Under the pieces are notes generated by a model, which worked only from the letters and a program-made list of their open reading frames with translations, searched no databases and was not told the DNA's origin. Both the position numbers and the translations under genes were made by a program. Shown piece after piece: positions 45,599-55,041 of a stretch of 55,041 nt of DNA. Source of the DNA: Saprolegnia diclina VS20 (Eukaryota); assembly GCF_000281045.1 (NCBI RefSeq), contig NW_008246080.1:515887-570927 (forward strand), read 5' to 3'. How positions within the stretch are numbered: position 1 is the first letter of the stretch; each line of letters opens with the position of its first letter.

Positions 45599-47916
45599 TC
45601 ATGGCATGTCGCGGAGACAGACGTTGGCCGCGTTGCGCCCGCAGGCGCCCATGACGCCGCCGCCAGGGTGCGTGCCGGCCGAGCAGAGGTAGAGGCCGTC
45701 GATAGGCGTCCGGTAGTCGGCGTAGCCGCTGAGCGGGCGCAGCCAAAAGAGCTGGTCGAGGCCCATCGCGCCGTGAAAGATGTTGCCGCGCGGCAGTGAA
45801 AAGATGCGCTCGAGGTCGGGCGGCTACACGATTCTCGTTGTAGTAGCTTGCATAGAATCGGTAGCGTACCGTCAGCATGTCGTAGCCGAGCACCGACTGC
45901 TTGAAGCCGGGTGCATATTGCTCAATGACCGAAAACACTTGGTCGGCGTACTGCGCCTTCTTCGCATCGGTCCACGGCCCGTCCTACGTTGCCAAAATGA
46001 GTGGCCTGGGTTGCAAATCTGTGTACCTTGGGCGCATACGGCGTGTACTGTACAAAGAGCAGTGCAATGTGCTTGCCTACATAGCACAAAGCCACTTGCT
46101 AGTCGACTGCAATTCCAGGTACCACAGTTGTACCTTCGGGCGCGATCGAGGCGTCGAGCGCGGTCGGGATGTTCAGCTCGATCACGGGCCGCTTCGAGCA
46201 GTAGCCTTGCTCGACGTCAAGAAACGCATCGTGGATCTAGTGCGTCCGTCGCATTGAGTGTCTGGCGTCGGTGTGTGAGGCCGCACCTGCGCCATGGAAT
46301 CCTCAAAGTGCGTGGTGCCCCGATGGTGTGGCATCGCGCCCGACCCGACGTTTGGCGCGCAGCTAAAGTTGGGCAGCGCACTCAGCGCCACGTTGATCTA
46401 CAAGAACTTATTGAGCGAGATAACGTTCAACATGCGCACCTTGGTCGACGCCGACTCGGTGTTCCACGCTTTTTCAAAATGAGCGACCAAGTCGATTGGG
46501 AGCAGCTGGCGGTCGATAAGCTCGAGAAACGTCAGAGACGGACTCGCATTCGAGAGCACGGTCGACGCCGCAATGTGGTCCCCGGACGCAAGCGTGACGC
46601 CGGCGACGCGACCGTTCGCCACGTCAATCGATTGGACAGTAGCATCGGTGACGAGGTGCACGCCAGCTTCCAGTGCCGCTTTAGTCAGTGCCTGGATATC
46701 AAGTATTTGGTCAGCAGTGGTCGGGAAGTGAGTTGATGACGCACCGACGTGACACCGCCCATACCGCCTTTCACGTGGCCCCATGTACCCTTGATGCCGT
46801 TGACTTCGCCCATAATGTGGTGGAAGAGCACGTACGCCGACCCTGGCGTCGACGGCGACAGCTACTTTGTGCATCAGCAAGTGACGTCAGTAGAAATGTA
46901 CCTTGGCGCCAATGATGGCGTCGGTTGCGAGCGTGGCCTTGAGCACGTCGCTCTCAAACCACTTGTTCAAAATCTTGTCGGCCGGCGCCGTCATAAACTC
47001 GAGGAAGGTCGGGAGCTCGGACCCGAGCTTGGTGCAGCGCACACCCAAGTGGCCCAGCGATCGGAGCGCATCCATGCGGGCCCTAACCCGAAGCATCACG
47101 ACCACATTCTTGTTGGTAGCGTCAAGAAGGGTACGTCAACGACGAAGTCGGGCCCAACGCCACCTTGAGATCCGGTGGCAGCTATGACTTTAGCATGGAA
47201 GCCTAGTACTTGCAAAGACAGCATGTACCTCGTCCACAAGCGGGACAAAAAAGTCGACAAGGCGCTAGACGCACGCCATGATCACGCACCGTTCGATCAC
47301 AACAGGTTGCGTACGTCGAGCATCGCGTTGTAGGCAGGGTACTTGGCCGCGTCGGCCTTGGAGAATTGCGCTACGACCAAGCACTACGGCCTCGGATACG
47401 ATGGACGATCGAGCTCTACCGATGCTCGCTTGGTTGGCCTGCATGTCGCTGCCGAGAAGGAGGCTCTGGCCGTTGAGCAGCGGCGTGAACGACGACGGAT
47501 CGCGTGGGTAGACTAGCCAAACGCGTTGATCACCACGCAACAACTTCAGGGTCTTCATACTCTCCAGGCCGTGCCGGTACAAGTCGAGGTCGCGGATGAT
47601 CTGCGGCCGAAAGAGGCTAAAGACGTACGAGGCGCGGGAGAAGTGAAAGTCCGGAATGATCTCTTCCGTAACGGCCGCGCCGCCGAGCAAGTGGCGCTTC
47701 TCGAGGACGCACACCGACTTGCCGGCCTAGACAGCGTCAGCATGAGCTCACGCTGGTCGTAGCGAGAGGACCTTGGCGAGGTACGTGGCCGCGACGAGCC
47801 CGTTGTGGCCACCGCCCACGATGACCGCGTCCCTACTTGCACTCAGATCGTAGTCGTCTTGCGTCCGGATACCATTGGCGCGTCAGGTGCTGGCGGACGG
47901 CGTGCGTTGCTTGCAT
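45599..47916 (-). CDS. PYROXD2: Pyridine nucleotide-disulfide oxidoreductase domain protein 2 (phytoene dehydrogenase-like), ~14 short introns
   Basis: [75 protein letters not shown] and [15 protein letters not shown]. Confidence 0.9.
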
Positions 47917-49483
47917 GACGATCGCCAAATGCAGTCGGTTGAAAAGATCGCGCGGAGAATGTTATAACAAAACACGTCCGTTCCGCGCCAATCCGATCGC
48001 GCTGCGGTGGAGGCAATGTGTTATATCGTCCCAAAACACAGGTTCAACCTGGTTCTAACACGTTCTGACCATGTTACGATCATTTGATTGGCGCTTCGGT
48101 ACAGGCTTTCTTTTTAGCCAATGGCATGCACGCGAAGGCCCAGGTTCAACAGGACCGGCGGGAACCAGCACAAGGCGTGAACGTTCGTGTTCTTTCGTAA
48201 TCCCACGCGCTAATATCATATTGAGGTCCACGGCCGTCCATCATGAATGATCCATTTCGCTAGTGCAGCTTCCCCCGCGAGAGCCAGACCAGCCCCTTGG
48301 CGACATGGGGGTCGACAGGCAACGAAACGCGAGTCGTAGACGGCGCCCACCATTGCGGAAACATCAAGTTGATGGGTGCGCGAACGATAGAGTCGTCGTG
48401 CCGGTATCCGTGATGAGCTGCATACAAACAGCCTTCCGCTTCGCCCCATCACGAGCGGACGCCATCCATTGCACAAGCTTGGCAGGCCTCGTAGGTACTT
48501 GCAGTAGCAACGCATTTCTCGGCACCACTTGCGGGCTTGGTATGCTGCCACGCGTCTGTATCGAGGCGGTTCGTGTCAGCGCGAGACCAGCCTTTTTACG
48601 CTGCCACGCACGTGATTGGGCACTGCATTAAAAGGCGCGCCATTGATTGGCGAAAGGCTCCAACTTCTGTCCAATCACACGTGGTGCAGCTTTCGACGGC
48701 GAGGATCTTTGACAACTTCAACGTGCGACGGAAACGCTGTCATAAGTTGCGAAGCAACGTTCGAAGAATCGACGGATCACGCGCACTTCGAGCTCGTTGG
48801 ACTTTGTCGAACAAATGGCGGCCGTATGCACCCCCTGCGTCTGCTGTCAGCCTTCGGTCCTCGGCCACGAGCTTCGACGTCCTGAACCTTCGACGCTCCA
48901 CGCCCGACCAGATGTGTCACCGCGCCCGTATCCGGATGTAGCGGGACATTGGGTTTTACCCAAATCAGTCCATCGATCTCGTCATCTCGGTCCATGACGC
49001 ACGATGTTGTGTGTGGGAGGTCCGCAGCAGTCGTCGTTAGCAAGTCTCTGCGTCACAACCAGACTAGACAATTGATTCGGCGCGAAAGAACTGCAGTCCG
49101 AGCTCTAAATAACACACATCGTTCAAGAGGTTACATAACGACTCGGTTCATCTCCGCCCATTCGACTCGCATCCAGTCCAAGCAAGGTGCCACGTCGGCA
49201 CGGAGCGATAACCGCTCGGTCATCGAGTCTGCTCGGTCGGTCGCTCCCTACAGAATGCACCAACGCACTCTCTACCCGCCGAACTGCGTGATGGTCTCCA
49301 TGCACTGTGATCACTTCCAGTCGCCCAGCTTGGGACATTGGGCTAAACCCCACCTTGCCGTTCGTATCCGGATATGGCTACTGTAGTTTCCGAGAGCAAA
49401 GAAGTATCATTCGATCCAGCCAACTTCAAGTGTACAAGCCCAACGGCCGGTGCTTATTTCTCAATCTTCTGCCCACTGCTCCG

Positions 49484-50638
49484 ATGCCTAGCATGCTCAC
49501 ACCGATGGCTCCGCACTGGGGCGCGGGCTCGAGCCTCAGTGCGAGATCTTCCAATGCGAGCTCCTCCTCCACGCTGCGCACGTTCCTTTTGCTCAAAGAC
49601 CCGTCGACCGCCGACGCGACCACGATGTATGTATCGTACAAATCCCAGGCGAGCCAGCGCGCCGTGACGTGGGCCGACCTCGCGCCCGTCGACCCGCTCT
49701 TGCCGCTCTCGATCCACGTGCCGCTGCGCCGCCGCACGAGCAGCTCGTTCGACACGATGTCGTCCGAGTCGATGGCGCAGAACGTATGGCAGCTCAGCTT
49801 TGACTTTCTCGACCTCGAGTCGCTCACGCAGTGCAGCCTCGTGTGCAAGGAAATGCACGAAGTCGCCAAGTCGCCGTACCTCTGGCTCAGCGCCTACTGT
49901 CGCAGATGGCGCAACAACAACCGCCTCTCGCGCAAGTTTATGCTCCTCTCGTACAAGAACCTCGTCGCGATGAACGCACTCCGCGCGAACATCGACCCCA
50001 AGGTCTCGACGCGCGGCCGCACCGCGCTCCAGCCGGACCTCACGGTGCACGTCCTCAACAATTCGATGCTCCGGAGCTTCCAGCGCGGGGCCGTCGACTC
50101 GATCCGCTCGTACAGCGCGCTGCCCGTGCTCTCGGTCGCGAAAGCCCTGGGACTCGACGTGAGCTACTTTGAGGTCGGCCAGATCAAGGGCTGCGCAAGC
50201 GTCGGCATCGCGTCCGTGTACGACAAGCCGTCGATGAACGCCTATGGCTTTGGCATGGACGACCATGTGGGCTGGAAGGGCATTTCGTTCGGGTACCACA
50301 GCCACGACGGCGGCTTCGTGGCACACAACGGCGAGGTCAGCTACGGCGGCGTGCGCTCGTCGTTTGGCCCTGGCTTTGGCAAGGACAACGAGAGTAACCC
50401 GGACGGGTCGGTCGTGGGCTGCGGCTTTAACCGCAAGACGCGCGAGATCTTTTTCACGCTCAACGGACGCATGGTCGGCGCGCCGCCCGTGCTCATTCCG
50501 ACTGAGAAAGTGCGGTACGCGGCGGCGGTCGCGCTCCACTCGTTCAACGACGCGTGCGTCCTCAACCTTGGCGGCGCGCCCTTTCGCTTTGACATTGACG
50601 AGTACTGCCTCTCGCTGGCGTACCAAGATAGTATTTAA
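49484..50638 (+). CDS. F-box + SPRY domain protein (paralog of 25558-26538)
   Basis: F-box VWQLSFDFLDLESLTQCSLVCKEMHEVA..LW; SPRY YFEV..HVGWKGISFGYHSHDG..VVGCGFN..IFFTLNG; shares VLNNSMLRSF.RG.VDS.RS with the paralog. Confidence 0.87.
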   Translation: MPSMLTPMAPHWGAGSSLSARSSNASSSSTLRTFLLLKDPSTADATTMYVSYKSQASQRAVTWADLAPVDPLLPLSIHVPLRRRTSSSFDTMSSESMAQNVWQLSFDFLDLESLTQCSLVCKEMHEVAKSPYLWLSAYCRRWRNNNRLSRKFMLLSYKNLVAMNALRANIDPKVSTRGRTALQPDLTVHVLNNSMLRSFQRGAVDSIRSYSALPVLSVAKALGLDVSYFEVGQIKGCASVGIASVYDKPSMNAYGFGMDDHVGWKGISFGYHSHDGGFVAHNGEVSYGGVRSSFGPGFGKDNESNPDGSVVGCGFNRKTREIFFTLNGRMVGAPPVLIPTEKVRYAAAVALHSFNDACVLNLGGAPFRFDIDEYCLSLAYQDSI

Positions 50639-52005
50639 TCGTGTGTGTAGTTGTGTTTTAATCTATTCCTTGTACATCGAGTTCTTATTGTCCTCTCCTT
50701 TTGTATCAAGCGCGAGACTATTCTAGAAAGAAAGGATGGCGAGGAGGCATCCCTGGCGTCTGAAACGAAGCTGCGTGTGGGGACGCCACGTCATGGATAC
50801 AGTGTAACTGTCATACGTGGCACGACCAGCGACCAGATGTGGGTGTTGTGAATGCTCATGCGCGTGAACTGATTCGCAACGTGCCTCTGCACACGCCTGG
50901 TCGGTCCGCAGGGATATGCACCAGCTGGCGCCGTCTTTCTTTGCAGCCAAAAGAGCGGTTGCCGGCGCGTGTCGAATGACAAGTCGTACGGCGAACACGC
51001 AGCACACGCGCTGGAATCAAGTGCACTCAGGCGTCGCGCTTGCAAAGCCTCGAATCTTTTTTGGCCACCTTGATGTCACAACGCAAGCACGTTTGATGAC
51101 ACAAGATGCATCACGGGAAAATGAACTTGCGCTCTACCCACGCTTGGATCTTTATTGCCATACATATCCACTCGAATCGCTCGATGGTCNNNNNNNNNNN
51201 NNNNNNNNNNNNNNNNNNNNNNNNNNNNNNNNNNNNNNNNNNNNNNNNNNNNNNNNNNNNNNNNNNNNNNNNNNNNNNNNNNNNNNNNNNNNNNNNNNNN
51301 NNNNNNNNNNNNNNNNNNNNNNNNNNNNNNNNNNNNNNNNNNNNNNNNNNNNNNNNNNNNNNNNNNNNNNNNNNNNNNNNNNNNNNNNNNNNNNNNNNNN
51401 NNNNNNNNNNNNNNNNNNNNNNNNNNNNNNNNNNNNNNNNNNNNNNNNNNNNNNNNNNNNNNNNNNNNNNNNNNNNNNNNNNNNNNNNNNNNNNNNNNNN
51501 NNNNNNNNNNNNNNNNNNNNNNNNNNNNNNNNNNNNNNNNNNNNNNNNNNNNNNNNNNNNNNNNNNNNNNNNNNNNNNNNNNNNNNNNNNNNNNNNNNNN
51601 NNNNNNNNNNNNNNNNNNNNNNNNNNNNNNNNNNNNNNNNNNNNNNNNNNNNNNNNNNNNNNNNNNNNNNNNNNNNNNNNNNNNNNNNNNNNNNNNNNNN
51701 NNNNNNNNNNNNNNNNNNNNNNNNNNNNNNNNNNNNNNNNNNNNNNNNNNNNNNNNNNNNNNNNNNNNNNNNNNNNNNNNNNNNNNNNNNNNNNNNNNNN
51801 NNNNNNNNNNNNNNNNNNNNNNNNNNNNNNNNNNNNNNNNNNNNNNNNNNNNNNNNNNNNNNNNNNNNNNNNNNNNNNNNNNNNNNNNNNNNNNNNNNNN
51901 NNNNNNNNNNNNNNNNNNNNNNNNNNNNNNNNNNNNNNNNNNNNNNNNNNNNNNNNNNNNNNNNNNNNNNNNNNNNNNNNNNNNNNNNNNNNNNNNNNNN
52001 NNNNN

Positions 52006-53888
52006 CGGTACCGTATCGGCACCAAGGTCGCGTGGCGCAACGCCAATACGTCCACGGCCGGCGGTTGCGTCGTCGCCTTGCCGATGGACTGCAGAGCGTA
52101 GTAGGCACCCGCGTCGGCGCCCGTCGTCTTTTGCACGACGTGCACCTACCCATGTGTGAGTTCACGTCAGAGACACATACGATTATAGTCGGACCTGGGC
52201 GCGCGTCGGTGTCGTCATGTGGCCAAGAACGGCAAAGTCGCTGGCGCCGACCGTGGTGGCGCGGGCGTAGGCGTACTCTGGAATGTGCAACGGCCACGCG
52301 TCTGGATCGTCGGCAAAGACGCGGGCTTGAAGCAGCGCCAGGTCAAACGCGTCAGTTGGGACGTCGTCGAGCTGCGGCGTGTCGCTCGGGTGCGGCACGG
52401 GCGTCGTATCGAGGCTCGTCCAATCGACGCCAAAGAAGAAGTCGCTCGCCATAAAGTCAATCGCCGAGCTCTTCTCGGTCGCCGAGAGCAAGCTACACAG
52501 AGATCGATTGGAGGCGACGTAGATGATCACGATGACGAGGAGTACGTACGCAAGGCAGAGGTCGCGACCGGCTGGGAGCAAGCCATGTTGACGACACGTT
52601 GCGTCCGTGAGAAACGTGTCTTCGGTGAGCGGCCCGGCGCCGACAAAGAGCTCGTATACCAAGAGGCCCAGCGCGTGCCAGTCGACGATCGCGCCGTCGT
52701 CGGCGAGGGGCGTCACGTGCTCAAAGCCGGCGAGGACGACCGTGCCATCGTGGCCAAGAAGCACGTTGGCCGACGAGACGGCGCCGTGCACGTAGCCGCG
52801 GGCGTGGACATGGGCGAGGCCGGAAAGGACGCGCGCGAGGAGCTGTGCGCCTTCAATCTCGTCGACGCCACCGAGGAGCGTCGAGAGCGGCTGTCGCGCT
52901 GCCGTCGAGGTGATCTCGTACGCGGTCGTCGCGGTCTGAAAGAGATACAGTGGCGCGAGTACGTTCGGGTGGCCAAAGGCCTCGACGACGGCCTTGGCAC
53001 GGACCAAGCCTGGCAGCGACGCTAGCGTCTTGAGCGTCGGGCGCAGCGCGTACATGGTCCCGGCGTCCGACCCATGCGTCTTTCGCACCACAATCACCTA
53101 CAAAGAGCGTCCGATATTGCGCGTCGACCAATCACATGGCAGCGTACCGCATCCATTTTGCCAACGACTTGGAAATCATCGGCCGAGACATGGTCGTCAT
53201 CATCGGGCTTTGGGAGCGACACCGGTGCGCTGGCGTCATCCGAGTCGGTCTCGGACGTCGTGTCTGAGATGATGGGCGAGAGCACGAGCGTTCGCTTGGC
53301 GGCCACGCAGGCCCGGCAAGCGACGCCACTGCGGCCGCTCGGAAAGCTGCAGTGCTTGCACACGGGCGCGTTGCAGTCGGCACAGTGCGCATGGCGCCGC
53401 CACGGCAAATGCACGCGGCTGCAGCGCGCGACGTCGGCGCTCCACTCGAATGCAAGGCGCACGCCGCCGTGGCCATGCGCAAAGGGAAAGAAGCCTTCGC
53501 CTACGTTGAGAGATGATCGTGTGAGGCATCACGTCGACAAGAGATAGCGTCGTATGTCGATACCATTGGTGGCGCTGTCGAGCGACGAAAGCGGGATCGA
53601 CGTCGTGCCAAAGACGTCGTACCCGCTGCACACGCACGCAGCTGCGTCTTTGATGTGCACACTGACGCCAATGGTGTCGACAGGCGGAAGGAACTCGACG
53701 GCGGCGCCCCATTGCGCAACGTCCTTGGACTTGAGTGTCTCGCGCTGGGTGCCACAGACGAGGCGGAGTTTGGTCGAGACGACTGTGGCGGCAAACTGGT
53801 CGAGGTCCACCGCGAGCACGGTGACGACGAGCGAGTTGGTTTGCGAGAGAGGCTGCATGTTGAGGAGGATCGAGAGGACGAGATGCAT
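52006..53888 (-). CDS. C2 - FYVE-like zinc finger - tandem degenerate AGC-like kinase domains; 3' part lost in gap 51190-52005
   Basis: C2-like LVVTVLAVDL...DVFGTTSIPLSSL; finger RRHAHCADCNAPVCKHC...ACRAC; kinase-like DFQVVGK..VIVVRKTHGSDAGTMYAL..HPNV..VDWHALGLLVYELFVG..FFFGVDW; a second start DFAVLGH..VHVVQKTTGADAGAYYAL. Confidence 0.7.
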
Positions 53889-54443
53889 GCAGTATGAGGA
53901 GCATGTAGAGTGTCGTGAAGCGGGAAAAGCGATCGATCGATCCAACGCTTTTTCCATGGTAGCTCAGTCGACCTTGAAGTAGCGAATGGCCTTTGCGCTG
54001 GTGGGCATTGATGTGGTTTGCGGAGTTGGCGAGTCGACGATATTGATGGGCGTGCACATGGAGTCTGGGGAGGACAAGGGTTGCTGGTCGCAAACTATTG
54101 TTTCGAAAGCTTGGTGCACGGAACGGGAACGTAGGCAAATAGCAAGCGCCAAAGTACTGTGAGTGTGCGCATACTTCCATCGTTCTTTGACTCCAAGGCT
54201 TGTGTTCATTGAGATAGAGATCAAGACGTATCAAACGACGTGCAACTTTAATTTGCAACGAAGATATAGCATTTATTGTTCTTTAGATTTATGCCAAGCT
54301 CAAGCAACGCTCGCTGGCTACCGAATTGCCGGCGAATCAAGCTTAGCGAGGGCCGTCGCTCTCATCCAGGGGCTCAAGGAGCATTTGTTGTCGTCTCTTC
54401 CTCGGTGGCCGGCGTCGGCGTGCGCGGATACGCAGTCCGAGAG

Positions 54444-55041
54444 CTAACCAAGTGGCGCCATCGCCGTATCGCCCGAGGCAATCTTGACAAAGACGTCCTC
54501 GAGCGTCATCGTGGCCACGTCGTACGTCTCCAGGACGCCACTCGCTTGAAGCGCTTCCGTGCCGAGCGGCAGTTGGCAGTCGAGACCAACACTTGTGGTC
54601 GCGGAGGACGCTCGCACCGGGCACGGACGCCAAGGCGATACGAACCTTGTCGCTGGCGTCGCGTGCCGCCTTGACAACGTGGAGCTTGTAGCTGACGCCG
54701 TACTTGTCCTTGAGGGCACCGCTCGTGCCAGCGCAGTGGAGCTCGCCGTTGGCCATAATACCGATGCGGTGGCTAAGGACTTGGGCTTCGTGCATTGCAT
54801 GGGTTGTGAGAAGCACGGCGCGGCCGGCCAATGCGCCTTGGATCGCGGCCACACGTGCTTTTGCGAGTCGACGTCGATGCCGGATGTCGGTTCGTCCAGA
54901 AGCACGAGCTTGGCATCGCCGAGGAGCGCCAGCAGCACGCACACCTTGCGCTTGCTACAGCCCGAGAGCGTCGATGTTTGCGCGAGCATCTTGTCGCCAA
55001 GGCCAAACGTGATGCACGTGGCTTCGCACTCGGCGCGGATC
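54444..55041 (-). pseudogene. ABCA-family transporter NBD fragment with two frameshifts (runs off the window end)
   Basis: LSGCSKRK signature, LVLLDEPTSG, LLTTHAMHEAQVLSHRIGIM, LKDKYG and TLEDVFVKI are split across frames near 54850 and ~54595, with a stop shortly after the NBD. Confidence 0.65.

Noticed and set aside
48000..49300. Long gene-free interval searched for RNA genes or a transposon
   Set aside because: No tRNA cloverleaf, rRNA similarity, TIR pair or transposase motif found; only CCAAT-like boxes and a short GGGACATTGGG repeat (48943, 49332).

Overview
This is eukaryotic, GC-rich, gene-dense DNA with many short (~40-60 nt) GT-AG introns and five N-gaps. It is almost certainly oomycete (Saprolegniales, probably Saprolegnia; inferred from gene content, intron size and an Inr/FPR core promoter). 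About 27 protein-coding loci are supportable. They include three tandem MSP-domain genes, UPF3, a hemerythrin-like protein, a PPP1R42-like LRR protein, asd, a syntaxin, a PH-like protein, a possible REC114/PHS1-like protein, a PH-AGC kinase, two F-box/SPRY paralogs, a Myb protein, CCDC174, a Uma2-type nuclease-fold protein, an Asp/Glu racemase, two convergent myosins, PYROXD2, a C2-FYVE-tandem pseudokinase and a frameshifted ABCA fragment. I saw no rRNA, tRNA, CRISPR array or intact transposon. The most notable signals are: (1) three introns in two unrelated genes sharing a ~22-nt core (introner-like); (2) two myosins with different tails whose motor exons form a near-identical ~1.5-kb inverted repeat; (3) a syntaxin ending in a Cys-rich CaaX tail instead of a transmembrane helix; (4) unusual kinase architectures; (5) a REC114-like candidate. 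All gene models and family calls were made by eye, without database searches.
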